From assembly GCA_029262005.1 (NCBI GenBank), contig JAJDAG010000038.1:180-64179 (forward strand): a stretch of 64,000 nucleotides of DNA, in the 5' to 3' direction. This document shows, one piece after another, positions 1 to 10,244 of this stretch. The translations under genes were made by a program, and so were the position numbers. The number at the start of each line of letters is the position of its first letter. The first letter of the stretch is position 1. Below the pieces are notes generated by a model. The model was not told where the DNA came from. It worked only from the letters and a program-made list of their open reading frames with translations, and ran no database searches. Source of the stretch: Candidatus Zhuqueibacterota bacterium. GTDB lineage: Bacteria > Zhuqueibacterota > Zhuqueibacteria > Oceanimicrobiales > Oceanimicrobiaceae.

Positions 1-13
1 TCCAGAAAATCAG

Positions 14-566
14 GTCTTAATCGAACTATGGTAGGATTGAAATAGCAAAATACCGACGATTGTTTTTGATTTGATGAGTCTTAATCGAACTATGGTAGGA
101 TTGAAATGCAATTTCTTCTATAACCGTGAACCCTGCGGCCCTTGTCTTAATCGAACTATGGTAGGATAGAAATTTTGTCAATATCGTTGGTATTTACGTG
201 GAAAACAACAGTCTTAATCGAACTATGGTAGGATTGAAATTCTTTGTACCGGTCTTCAGACTGCGCCGTTGCCTGGTCTTAATCGAACTATGGTAGGATT
301 GAAATACCTTTTTTCTTCTCCTAGTGCCGCCATCCGAGCGGTCTTAATCGAACTATGGTAGGATTGAAATGCGGGTGAAGTCTTCTCGGTAGAGGGTATC
401 AACAAGTCTTAATCGAACTATGGTAGGATTGAAATTCGGAAAAAAGGAGCCGGAGGTTGCGGTTTGCGGCTGTCTTAATCGAACTATGGTAGGGTTGAAA
501 TACAAGAGCAAGCATCCGGTTGAGACGGTTGTTAGAGTCTTAATCGAACTATGGTAGGATTGAAAT
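14..566 (+). CRISPR. CRISPR array: 9 repeats GTCTTAATCGAACTATGGTAGGATTGAAAT (30 bp) and 8 complete spacers of 34-37 bp; probably continues left of the window
   Basis: Repeats start at 14, 78, 144, 211, 276, 341, 406, 472 and 537. Single variants at 168 (T>A) and 494 (A>G). The ATTGAAA(N) 3' end is typical of Cas6-processed type I-B/III repeats; orientation is inferred from that end. Confidence 0.98.
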
Positions 567-718
567 TTTTAAATTCTTATATTGATTTCATCTGTGATTG
601 GAATTGGGCTAAATTTAGGCCGGCGTGTAAGCAAAAAACAATAAGGAATACCCGGTTTTCAATCCACTCGTCACAATTCCTGCATGAGTTATTTATAAGC
701 CTTTAAATATTTCAAGAA

Positions 719-2947
719 ATGTTCAAGCTTTTAACAATTAGAAAATGCACTGTCTTGTTGTTCGTGTTGCTCATTTATGCTTGCGGCCTGCAAGCCGACG
801 ACAACCGGGAGACCGCAAGCGGCTTTCCAGCGTTGAGGCTTAACACAGATTCCCCGCAAAAAATTGTGGTCGATGGCCTGCTTACTGAAAAAGTGTGGCA
901 ACAGGCGCAGCCGGCAAGTGGTTTCCGTCAGCGTGAACCATTGGCAGGTGAAGCCGCGACTGAGCGGACGGAAGTGCGCATTCTCTATAATGATGAAATG
1001 CTCTATGTTGGTGTTCTGGCAATGGATAGTGAGCCCGACAAAGTCATTGCCCGCATTTTGCAGCGAGACAAATTGATGTTTAAGAATTTCGACGGCACAC
1101 CGCTTTTTGCCGGTGATGATGCTGTTGCTATTTTGTTTGACCCGTTTCATGATCAGAAGAACGGCGTTGTCTTTGCCACCAATCCGAACGGTGCGGAATT
1201 CGATGCTCTGCTAACCGATGAAGGCAGCGAATTTAATATTGACTGGCGTGCTGTCTGGGAAGTTTCCGCCAAACGGATCCCCGAAGGTTGGAGCGCTGAA
1301 TTTGCCATTCCATTCAGGTCGCTGCGTTACCCGGATGGTGACAACAATGCACCGTGGGGCTTCAATGTTTACCGAACGATTCGCCGCAAAAATGAAGAGG
1401 TTTTGTGGACGTCCTGGTCGCGCGACAACGCCGGTTTTAAGCGCGTCAGCCGGGCCGGACACATCCATGGCATGACAAATCTGCCGCGCTCCCGGGTTAA
1501 TCTTGAAGTCAAGCCGTTTGCCTTAACCGGTCTTGTGCGCGAAATGAACGATAACGATATTCTTGAATCAGGCCATAAACTGAGCAGCGGGTTTGATGCA
1601 AAGTGGGAAGTTCGGCCCGGACTAATGCTTGATTTAACTTACAACACAGATTTTGCCCAGGTTGAAGCGGATGATGAACAGGTGAATTTAACCCGCTTCA
1701 GTCTGTTTTTTCCTGAGAAGCGTGATTTCTTTCTGGAGAATGCCGGCATTTTTGACTTTGGCAGCCGGAGTATCGGGGAGGCGCCGCCGTTTCAACTCTT
1801 TTTTTCAAGAAGAATCGGCATTTCCGAGGATGGCGAAATTCCGGTCATTGGTGGCGCTCGTCTCACCGGGCGGGTTGGCAAGCAGACCGTCGGTTTCTTG
1901 AATATTGTAACGGAAGAAACGCTTGATGAGCCCGTGGCAAATTTTGCTGTTGCCCGTATAAAGCGCGATATTGGCAGGAACAACTACATCGGCGCGATGG
2001 TCACTGACAAGAGATCTGATTTGGCCGCCAACACCGGGCTGGGCCTGGATGCCTCTTTCTGGCTGTCCAACGCGCTCAATGTGCAGGGATTTTTCGTTCG
2101 CACTCAGACGGACACATCCGGCACAGGCATTGGCGACCAAGCCTTTCGGGTCGGGCTTAGTTATCAAACCGATCGCTTCGGAATTCGCGCACAACATTAC
2201 ACCATCGGTCCGGATGTCAGGGCAGAAATGGGATTTGTTACCCGGGAGGATATTCGCCGCACAGGGGGCTTTTCCCGCCTTAGTTTTCGTCCCGGCCGAT
2301 TCGGCGTGCGGGTGGTTAATCTGTTTTTTGGCGGCAATTATTTTACGGACTTGCGTGGTGAAGTGCAGGACTGGGATGTTGGCCCGGGTTTCATCATGGA
2401 TTGGAATTCCGGCGAGTCACTGGGGGCGTTTTTTTCACGCTCGTTTACCCGGCTGGATGAAGCTTTTGACCCGGACGACGATATCACAGTCCCGGTTGGC
2501 GACTATGACTATGGTCAGATTTTCTGGTTTGGCGGTTCCAGCAATAATCGTCCATGGCAGCTTGATTTGAGCGGAACCTACCAGGGCTACTTCGGCGGCA
2601 CTTTGTTGAGCGTGAACACCGGGCTGAACCTGGCCTTTAATTCCCGATTGGCAACGGGCGTTCAATACAGTCATAACCACGTTGAAGTGCCGGCCGGAAT
2701 GTTCAACGCAGATGTGTCTTCTTTACGTTTGTCTTATTCATTTTCAACCCGTCTATTTGCCAACGCTTTGTTGCAATATAACAGTTTGAGCAACACGCTG
2801 TCAGCCAACGTACGCCTGAATTATATTCATCGACCGGGTAGCGATTTGTTTATTGTATTCAACGAAGAAGATATTTCGGAACAGGGGAACTGGGTGCTTG
2901 AAAACCGGGGCATGGTTGCCAAGCTAACCTGGCTAAAACGGCTGTGA
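719..2947 (+). CDS. CBM9-like sugar-binding domain plus DUF5916 outer-membrane beta-barrel protein
   Basis: Signal peptide; 'IVVDGLLTEKVWQQA', 'WSAEFAIPFRSLRY' and 'NTDFAQVEADDEQVNLTRFSLFFPEKRDFFLE' motifs. Confidence 0.85.
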   Translation: MFKLLTIRKCTVLLFVLLIYACGLQADDNRETASGFPALRLNTDSPQKIVVDGLLTEKVWQQAQPASGFRQREPLAGEAATERTEVRILYNDEMLYVGVLAMDSEPDKVIARILQRDKLMFKNFDGTPLFAGDDAVAILFDPFHDQKNGVVFATNPNGAEFDALLTDEGSEFNIDWRAVWEVSAKRIPEGWSAEFAIPFRSLRYPDGDNNAPWGFNVYRTIRRKNEEVLWTSWSRDNAGFKRVSRAGHIHGMTNLPRSRVNLEVKPFALTGLVREMNDNDILESGHKLSSGFDAKWEVRPGLMLDLTYNTDFAQVEADDEQVNLTRFSLFFPEKRDFFLENAGIFDFGSRSIGEAPPFQLFFSRRIGISEDGEIPVIGGARLTGRVGKQTVGFLNIVTEETLDEPVANFAVARIKRDIGRNNYIGAMVTDKRSDLAANTGLGLDASFWLSNALNVQGFFVRTQTDTSGTGIGDQAFRVGLSYQTDRFGIRAQHYTIGPDVRAEMGFVTREDIRRTGGFSRLSFRPGRFGVRVVNLFFGGNYFTDLRGEVQDWDVGPGFIMDWNSGESLGAFFSRSFTRLDEAFDPDDDITVPVGDYDYGQIFWFGGSSNNRPWQLDLSGTYQGYFGGTLLSVNTGLNLAFNSRLATGVQYSHNHVEVPAGMFNADVSSLRLSYSFSTRLFANALLQYNSLSNTLSANVRLNYIHRPGSDLFIVFNEEDISEQGNWVLENRGMVAKLTWLKRL

Positions 2948-3059
2948 TTTTTCAGTTTGTGCTGGAATAACAGATGTTGTGGCGCTAACATTTCTGTGCG
3001 TAAAAATGCTGTTCGGATTGTGAGCAAAATCGCTACTTTAACTCCCGGGAAACCTGCTT

Positions 3060-6000
3060 TTGCCGTTGAAAATAATTACCAGCAATCGCCTTGAAAACCT
3101 TTCTGCGGTTTTGGCCTCGACATTGTCCATACCAATTGCCTCGCCGATGGCGCCCGAAATTATTGTGGTTCAGAGTGGCGGCATGCAGCGTTGGCTTTCA
3201 TTGGAATTGGCCAAAAAGCTGGGGGTTTGCGCCAACATTCGTTTTCCTTTTCCCAATGCATTTATTCATGAAATAACATGCGGCATTTTTCCGGATTTGC
3301 CGGAACATTCAACTTTTGAGCCGACCCTTCTAACCTGGCGCATCATGAAGTTGCTGCCTGACTGCCTCACCCGGCCTGTGTTTCAGCCGCTGCAAACTTA
3401 TTTACGGGAACCCGGTTCCGGCCTGAAACGGTTGCAGCTTGCTGTCCGCATCGCCGATCTTTTTGACCAATACCTGCTTTTTCGCCCGGACATGATTTTA
3501 AACTGGGAAAGAGGCAAGAATTCACACTGGCAGGCAGCGCTTTGGCGGGAATTGGTTGCAGAGGAGGAGGCGCTGCACCGGGCTGCATTGGGTAAAAGGC
3601 TGACCGGGCATCTCCTGTCTGCGAAAACCAGGATGCTGGATTTGCCGGAGCGCATTTCAGTATTCGGTATTTCGTCGTTGCCCGAATTCCACATGCAAAT
3701 ATTTGATGCATTGAGCAAGCACGTTGCGGTGAAACTTTTTCTGCTCAATCCTTGTCGGGAATATTGGGGTGATATTCGTACAAAAAGAGAGCAGCGATTC
3801 ACTGCCTCGGCTCAGGAAGTGGGGCAACTGTCAGTTGATTTTACAGCCGCGGATCTGCATTTTGACGAGGGCAATGCCCTGTTGGCTTCACTGGGAAAAA
3901 TGGGACGTGAGTTTTTTGATCTGCTTGAGGACAAACTTGAGTTTGCGAGTGAGGAGCATTTTGGTGAGCCGGACGAATCGTCGCTGCTGGCGTGTTTGCA
4001 GTCGGATATTTTAACGTTAACCAATCGCGAGGGGCTGCTCGAAGAACCGGGCGAAAACTTGTCTGAAAGCATGGAAGCAACTTTGATTTCGGACAAGGAT
4101 CGCTCTATTCAAGTACACGCCTGCCATTCTGAGAGGCGGGAAATCGAAGTGCTACAGGACCATTTATTGGCCATGTTTGCACAGGATGCCGCGCTTGAAC
4201 CGGGTGATGTTTTGGTGATGGCGCCGGATATTGAGCCGTACGTCCCGTTTATTCAGTCTGTTTTTGATCTGCCGTACCAGGATTCGCGCCGTCTGCCGTA
4301 TGGCATTGCCGATCGGTCGTATGGGCGAGAAAGTGAACTCGTGGTGACCTTTTTCGCAATTTTGAATTTGCACAACAGCCGCTGCAGTGCCACAGAAATT
4401 TTTGGTATATTGGAAAATTCCGTGGTGCATGAAAATTTCGGAATTGAAGCAACTGACCTGGAAATCATTCGCAATTGGCTGCAGCAAACGCACATTCGCT
4501 GGGGAAAAGATGCGGCGCATCGGGCACAATTAGGTTTGCCTGGGATTTCGCAAAACACGTGGCGCAGCGGCCTGGAGCGTCTGCTGCTCGGCTACGCACT
4601 TGGCAATGATAACGAAGAAATTTATGATGCGAAAATATTGCCGTTTGCCGGTGTCGAAGGCGGACAAGCTGAGGTGCTTGGATTTTTTGTCGAATATGTA
4701 GAGCGTCTGTTTTCGTTAGTTGAAGCGCTTGAGCAAGATCGCACCCTCGTAGAATGGTCTGAGACGCTCACACAAATCCTCACACTCTTTTTTATGGATA
4801 ACGCCGAGACGGGCCCGCAGCTACAAATCATGCGGCAGGCGATTGCTGAACTATCAGTTTTTCAGGATGTGGCCGGTTTTGATGAGAAGCTCGAACTCCG
4901 TGTGGTCCGGCAGTATTTGCAGAACAAATTGCAACGCGAAGGCCATGGCTTTGGATTTCTATCCGGCGGTATCACGTTCTGTTCAATGCTGCCAATGCGC
5001 AGTATTCCTGCCAAAGTCATCTGTCTCATCGGCATGAATAATGACGCCTACCCACGTAGTGTCCAGCCGCTGGGTTTCGATTTAATTGCCCAAAATCCAC
5101 GTAAAGGTGACCGTTCGCGCAGAAATGATGATCGCTATCTGTTTCTGGAAGCGTTGTTTTCAGCGAGAGGCGTCCTGTATCTTAGCTACATTGGGCAGAG
5201 CACACAAGACAATTCAATTATACCGCCCTCTGTTTTGGTCAGTGAATTTATTTCTTATTTGGACAGCAATTATCAGGTATCGGGAGCAAGCAAGGCCAGC
5301 GACCAGATCTGTGTCAAACATCGGCTGCAGGCTTTTAGTCCTGACTATTTCCTCGAAGATCAGCACTTGTTTAGTTACTCCCGTGAAAACCTTGAAGCCG
5401 CGGTTGCCATAAGCAGCGGCGCTAAAAAGTGGCCTGCCTTTTTTGATTCTAAGGCACTGCCGGAACCTGGCGATGAATTCCGTTCACTCAGACTCGAAGA
5501 CTTATGCCTGTTTTTTAAGTCCCCGGTGCAGTACTTTTTCAACAAGCGGCTGGGCGTGCGGTTTAACGAAAATGTTGATTTGTTGGAAGATAGCGAAATT
5601 TTTTCATTGAGTGGTCTTGAGCGCTATTTGGTTGCCGCTGATTTACTGACAGATGCAAGAAGTTTGGCGCAGGTTGAAGAAATCAAAGCAAAGAAGCGAC
5701 TGGCAGGGCAACTTCCGCATGGCGCTGTGGGAGATGTGACCATTGATGCGTTAGAAAAAAATGTAAAAAGATTTGCCGACAAATTGCAGGCTCTCGATTG
5801 CAAGGAATTGTTGCCACCAATTGAAGTTGATTTGAGTTTGGCCGGCTTTAATCTTTCCGGCAAACTTGCTCCGGTTTATGACACCGGCCTCGTTTTACAT
5901 CGTTACGCCAAAGTTAAGGCGCGCGATCATTTGCAGATTTGGATTCATCACTTGTTACTAAATTTGTGCAATGAGAAAGACTCTCCAAACGAAAGTATTT

Positions 6001-6374
6001 GGGCCGGCCTCGATAGTTTGAACAAAGGCAATTGGTCTGCCTGGCGATACTTGCCCGTGCCGGAGGCGGAGAAGTATCTCGCTGAATTGCTGCAACTTTA
6101 CTGGCTGGGTTTGCAGAAGCCGTTCCGTTTTTTTCCGGAAAGTACTTATGCTTATTGGGATAAGTTTGTCAGTTCAAAGGGGGAGGAAAGCGCTGCACTG
6201 CGAGCGGCCGGCAAAGCGTGGTATGGCAGTGATTATGCTCAGGGTGAGTTGCAGGATCTGTATTTACAGCGCTGCTTCAAAAGAGATGAGAATCCTTTTA
6301 CCGCTGAATTTATGACGTTGGCCGAACAAGTTTGGGAGCCGATTTTCAAAAATCGGCTGGCGCTGGAAGGCTGA
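3060..6374 (+). CDS. recC: Exodeoxyribonuclease V gamma subunit
   Basis: 1104 aa; 'SNRLENL', 'PEIIVVQSGGMQRWL', 'LFDQYLLFRPD', 'HSERREIEVLQD', 'LPMRSIPAKVICLIGMN', 'GDRSRRNDDRYLFLEAL'. Confidence 0.97.
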   Translation: MPLKIITSNRLENLSAVLASTLSIPIASPMAPEIIVVQSGGMQRWLSLELAKKLGVCANIRFPFPNAFIHEITCGIFPDLPEHSTFEPTLLTWRIMKLLPDCLTRPVFQPLQTYLREPGSGLKRLQLAVRIADLFDQYLLFRPDMILNWERGKNSHWQAALWRELVAEEEALHRAALGKRLTGHLLSAKTRMLDLPERISVFGISSLPEFHMQIFDALSKHVAVKLFLLNPCREYWGDIRTKREQRFTASAQEVGQLSVDFTAADLHFDEGNALLASLGKMGREFFDLLEDKLEFASEEHFGEPDESSLLACLQSDILTLTNREGLLEEPGENLSESMEATLISDKDRSIQVHACHSERREIEVLQDHLLAMFAQDAALEPGDVLVMAPDIEPYVPFIQSVFDLPYQDSRRLPYGIADRSYGRESELVVTFFAILNLHNSRCSATEIFGILENSVVHENFGIEATDLEIIRNWLQQTHIRWGKDAAHRAQLGLPGISQNTWRSGLERLLLGYALGNDNEEIYDAKILPFAGVEGGQAEVLGFFVEYVERLFSLVEALEQDRTLVEWSETLTQILTLFFMDNAETGPQLQIMRQAIAELSVFQDVAGFDEKLELRVVRQYLQNKLQREGHGFGFLSGGITFCSMLPMRSIPAKVICLIGMNNDAYPRSVQPLGFDLIAQNPRKGDRSRRNDDRYLFLEALFSARGVLYLSYIGQSTQDNSIIPPSVLVSEFISYLDSNYQVSGASKASDQICVKHRLQAFSPDYFLEDQHLFSYSRENLEAAVAISSGAKKWPAFFDSKALPEPGDEFRSLRLEDLCLFFKSPVQYFFNKRLGVRFNENVDLLEDSEIFSLSGLERYLVAADLLTDARSLAQVEEIKAKKRLAGQLPHGAVGDVTIDALEKNVKRFADKLQALDCKELLPPIEVDLSLAGFNLSGKLAPVYDTGLVLHRYAKVKARDHLQIWIHHLLLNLCNEKDSPNESIWAGLDSLNKGNWSAWRYLPVPEAEKYLAELLQLYWLGLQKPFRFFPESTYAYWDKFVSSKGEESAALRAAGKAWYGSDYAQGELQDLYLQRCFKRDENPFTAEFMTLAEQVWEPIFKNRLALEG

Positions 6375-6474
6375 TTTTCAGTGTTAATATTCATGGCGTC
6401 AAAGTTAAACCGTAAAAAGCCAAAAGCTGAATTGTCATTAGTCTAATAATATTTACTGGTGATACCGTAAAATT

Positions 6475-9400
6475 ATGCTCCTGAAAGAATTCGATCCCTA
6501 TTCCGGTCCGTTGTCCGGACGAAACCTCATTGAGGCCAGCGCGGGTACCGGCAAAACATTTACCATCAGCCGGATTTTTCTCCGGCTGATGCTTGAGAAG
6601 GGGCTTAACGTTGATGAAATTCTTGTGGTGACATTTACTGAAGCCGCAACAAATGAGTTGAAGCTGCGCATTCTTGATACGTTGAATCAAGCGCTTTCAG
6701 CCTTTCTGGGACGGGAAATTGATGAGGATTCGCTGCGGACTTATATTGCCTCACAAAAAAATGCTTCGATGGCAATCCAGCGATTACAAGCTGCGATTCA
6801 AAGCTTCGACAGGGCCGCGGTTTTTACCATTCATAGTTTCTGCAAACGTGTAATGCAGGAGAACGCGTTTGAAAGCGGCAGCATGTTTGATACTGAGCTG
6901 GTTACAGAACAAACCAGCCTGCTTCGGGAGGTTGTGCAGGACTATTGGCGCACTCATTTTTACCAGGCGTCCCCACTGTTCCTGCAGTTTGCACTGAGCA
7001 AAACCAGTCCGGCAGAACTTATGAAAATGCTTGGAAATAGCAGGTTGGTACGGTTGCATTTGCGCATTTTGCCGGAAAAAGCCGAAGTCAGTTCTTCTGC
7101 GGCTGAAGCGGCTCTGCAAAGCTCCTACGAACACGCCCGAAAATTGTGGTTTGATGCCAGGGGGGAAATAGTCAAGCTGCTGGAAAATTCCAGTCTGCAC
7201 AAAAGTAAATACAAGCGGGAAAAAATTCCATTCTGGGCGGAGGAAATGGATGCCTGTTTCGACACGAAATTGGCTGGAGCTGTTTTAAATAAAAACTTTG
7301 AAAAGTTCACATCGGCAAAAATTGCGGACGCTGAAACAAAAGCCGGGCCGCCACCAACACACCCATTCTTTGATGCCTGTGAGCTTCATTTTGACAATCA
7401 CACCAAATTGATGGCATGTTATAACGGGCAGCTTTTGCAGTTAAAGTCCGGGCTGTTTGACTACGCCCGAAGTGAATTACAGCGCCGCAAAGAGGCCCGA
7501 AATGTCTTCTATTTTGATGACGTCTTATTGAGCTTGCACGCTGCTCTGGAGACTCAGGGTGATGTTTTTGCACGCAGTATTCGCAAGAAATTCAAAGCCG
7601 CACTCATCGATGAATTCCAGGACACGGACCCGGTTCAATACGAAATATTCAATGGTATTTTTTCTCATGAAGAAAGTGCATTGTTTCTTATTGGCGATCC
7701 AAAACAGGCAATTTACGGTTTTCGTGGCGCGGATATTTTTGCCTACATGCAGGCGAAGGCCGATACCAGACCCGACAGCCGTTACACCCTCACCACCAAT
7801 TATCGCTCAGCGCCAGGATTGATTTCTGCGTTCAATGCGCTTTTCGGTAATGTTGACAGGGCTTTCCTTTACGAGGATATTCCTTTTCAGAGCGCAGTGG
7901 CGGCAGAGCGTAAAAGTCCGGCTGAGCTAAGAAGCACAGGTGAGTTGTCGGAACCGTTGCGGCTCTGGTACCTGGACCCGGCAGAACATAAAGTTGACGC
8001 AAAACCGATGAATCGTGCGGATGTGGACGCGGCCATTGTTGAGGCAACTGCGTCGGAAATTGTGCGGCTATTAAATCTGGCCAAAGCGGGAAAAGTACAT
8101 TTGGGTGAGCGTCCGCTTAAAGAAGAAGATATTGCGGTTCTGGTGCGCCGAAATTCGGAGGCCGTCAAAGTCCAGGCGGCGTTGACAGCAAGAAATGTAA
8201 ATAGTGTTGTTTATGGTTCCGGCAGCTTGTTCCACTCTCAGGAAGCGCAGAATTTGCAACATATTTTGGCCGCCATTGTTGAGCCTGAGAACCGAGGATT
8301 GTTAAAAACCGCCCTGGCAACTGAAACCCTTGGTGTGAGCGCTGCTGAATTGTTTGCATTTGAGCAGGATGATGCCGGGTTGGAGGTTTACCGTTTGCGT
8401 TTTGCGAGGTACCATCGGCTTTGGCAAAATGTCGGTTTTATGCGTATGTTTAAGGAGTTGAGTACGCAGGAAAATTTATTACCCCGGCTCATGATGTTTC
8501 AGGGTGGCGAGCGCTGCGTGACCAACTTTTTGCATCTTTCTGAAGTGTTAAGCACCGCGGCAGTGGAGTCCAGGCTTGGCATGACCGCTTTGCTCAACTG
8601 GCTTATTTCACAGCGCACCAGCGAGGATAAGCCCGGCGATGAATTTCAATTGCGTTTGGAAAGCGATGAGAAGGCAATAAAATTGATAACTGTGCACAAG
8701 AGTAAAGGCCAGGAATTTCCAATTGTTTTTTGTCCATTCATGTGGACAGGTGCTAATTTGCAGATGAATGAGTTGCCGGAATTTCATGATGAAGTAGATG
8801 GTTCCCTCATTCTGGATCTTGGGTCGGAAGATCTGGCCCGGAGCAAAACCTTGGCAAAAAAGGAGAAACTGGCAGAAAATCTCAGGCTGTTTTATGTGGC
8901 GGCTACCCGGGCGCAACATCGATGTTATTTTGTCTGGGGGCCGTTAAATTGGAGCGGGCGCCCGCAAGCCGCAAGTTCAGCTCTGGCTTATTTGCTGCAT
9001 CACCCAAGCCCGTTTGATGAACATCAGCCGGTTGAGGCGCTCGAAAAAGCTTGCAAATCTTTGCCGGCCGAGGGCTACAAAAATACCGCGAAGCAACTTG
9101 CCGATGCCTCCGCCGGTGCCATTGGCTTGCAATCCATGCCGGAGAATTCACCGCAAAAGATGATTTTAGCGAAACATGGCAAAGAAGCTTTGTCGTATCG
9201 TCAATTCAACAATTTTGTGGATGGCTCGACGCGAATTTCAAGCTACTCTTCGTTGATTTCGCGGCAGCCACATGCTGCGGAACTAGCCGATCATGATGTG
9301 GCAACTGTTCTGCCGAGAGCAAGCCGTGAACACCGGCTGCAACCATCGGACGATGTTTTTTCGCATTTTCGCTGGTTTCCCCGTGGTACCCGGACAGGGC

Positions 9401-10110
9401 TTTTTGCACATGACCTGCTCGAACATCTCGATTTTACTGCACTTGCTGCGCCTGAAAGCAGTACCGCTGTTCGGCACATGCTGCAAAAATACGGGTTTGA
9501 TAGCGCCTGGTCCAACGCTGTCACAGACATGCTCAAGCAGGTTCTGCAAGTCCGGTTAAGCACACCGGCCGCCGCGCCCTTTTCTCTTTCTGAAATAAAA
9601 CAGAAGCAGCGCCTGAATGAATTGGAGTTTTATTTCCCCCTGAAGTCAATCACCCCGGACACGTTTGCGGAGGTTTTCGGCAAACATGCTACCGGCCGTT
9701 TACCGGCAGGACTACCGGAAAAAATAGAAACATTGTCTTTTGCACCGCTTAAGGGATATATGAAAGGGTTTATCGATCTTGTTTTTGAACACAGGGGCCG
9801 GTATTATTTGCTCGATTGGAAGTCAAATTTCCTCGGTTCTAAAATCGAAGATTACGCTGCTGCCGGGCTTACCGAAGCCATGGTGGGGCATCAATATGTT
9901 TTGCAATATCACATTTATGCAGTTGCTTTGAATCAATATTTGAAAAGTAGAGTCTCCGGCTATGATTACAACTCGCATTTTGGTGGCGCTTTGTACATTT
10001 TTCTGCGTGGCGTTGAGCTGGAAAAGGGTAGCGAGTTTGGTGTTTTTTTCGCTCGGCCGGAGGCCGGTCTCATTGCAGAGTTGACAGCAAAAATGCTGTG
10101 TCCGGCATGA
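6475..10110 (+). CDS. recB: Exodeoxyribonuclease V beta subunit (SF1 helicase plus PD-(D/E)xK nuclease)
   Basis: 'IEASAGTGKT', 'DEFQDTDPVQY', 'IGDPKQAIYGFRGAD', 'TVHKSKG', nuclease motif 'GFIDLVF...LLDWKSN'. Confidence 0.97.
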   Translation: MLLKEFDPYSGPLSGRNLIEASAGTGKTFTISRIFLRLMLEKGLNVDEILVVTFTEAATNELKLRILDTLNQALSAFLGREIDEDSLRTYIASQKNASMAIQRLQAAIQSFDRAAVFTIHSFCKRVMQENAFESGSMFDTELVTEQTSLLREVVQDYWRTHFYQASPLFLQFALSKTSPAELMKMLGNSRLVRLHLRILPEKAEVSSSAAEAALQSSYEHARKLWFDARGEIVKLLENSSLHKSKYKREKIPFWAEEMDACFDTKLAGAVLNKNFEKFTSAKIADAETKAGPPPTHPFFDACELHFDNHTKLMACYNGQLLQLKSGLFDYARSELQRRKEARNVFYFDDVLLSLHAALETQGDVFARSIRKKFKAALIDEFQDTDPVQYEIFNGIFSHEESALFLIGDPKQAIYGFRGADIFAYMQAKADTRPDSRYTLTTNYRSAPGLISAFNALFGNVDRAFLYEDIPFQSAVAAERKSPAELRSTGELSEPLRLWYLDPAEHKVDAKPMNRADVDAAIVEATASEIVRLLNLAKAGKVHLGERPLKEEDIAVLVRRNSEAVKVQAALTARNVNSVVYGSGSLFHSQEAQNLQHILAAIVEPENRGLLKTALATETLGVSAAELFAFEQDDAGLEVYRLRFARYHRLWQNVGFMRMFKELSTQENLLPRLMMFQGGERCVTNFLHLSEVLSTAAVESRLGMTALLNWLISQRTSEDKPGDEFQLRLESDEKAIKLITVHKSKGQEFPIVFCPFMWTGANLQMNELPEFHDEVDGSLILDLGSEDLARSKTLAKKEKLAENLRLFYVAATRAQHRCYFVWGPLNWSGRPQAASSALAYLLHHPSPFDEHQPVEALEKACKSLPAEGYKNTAKQLADASAGAIGLQSMPENSPQKMILAKHGKEALSYRQFNNFVDGSTRISSYSSLISRQPHAAELADHDVATVLPRASREHRLQPSDDVFSHFRWFPRGTRTGLFAHDLLEHLDFTALAAPESSTAVRHMLQKYGFDSAWSNAVTDMLKQVLQVRLSTPAAAPFSLSEIKQKQRLNELEFYFPLKSITPDTFAEVFGKHATGRLPAGLPEKIETLSFAPLKGYMKGFIDLVFEHRGRYYLLDWKSNFLGSKIEDYAAAGLTEAMVGHQYVLQYHIYAVALNQYLKSRVSGYDYNSHFGGALYIFLRGVELEKGSEFGVFFARPEAGLIAELTAKMLCPA

Positions 10111-10244
10111 TGCTCCAGGCGTGGTAATGGTGTCGTTTGCGTAAATGGAACTCACCGTAGAAAATAGCGTTGAGGCTAAATGTGCAATCAGGATAGCTTA
10201 TTCACTCGTTAGTTTGTACCCCAATAAAGGAGTCTTAATTTCAA

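Noticed and set aside
44-536. Self-targeting spacers within the window
   Set aside because: No match seen by eye; an exact alignment would be needed to exclude it.
9760-10020. PD-(D/E)xK nuclease motif near a CRISPR array, read as Cas4
   Set aside because: It is the normal RecB C-terminal nuclease domain and lacks the Fe-S cysteines.
10120-10200. GGTAATGGTGTC resembling the start of a fluoride riboswitch
   Set aside because: The complementary strand and downstream conserved elements are missing, and the next gene is unrelated to fluoride.
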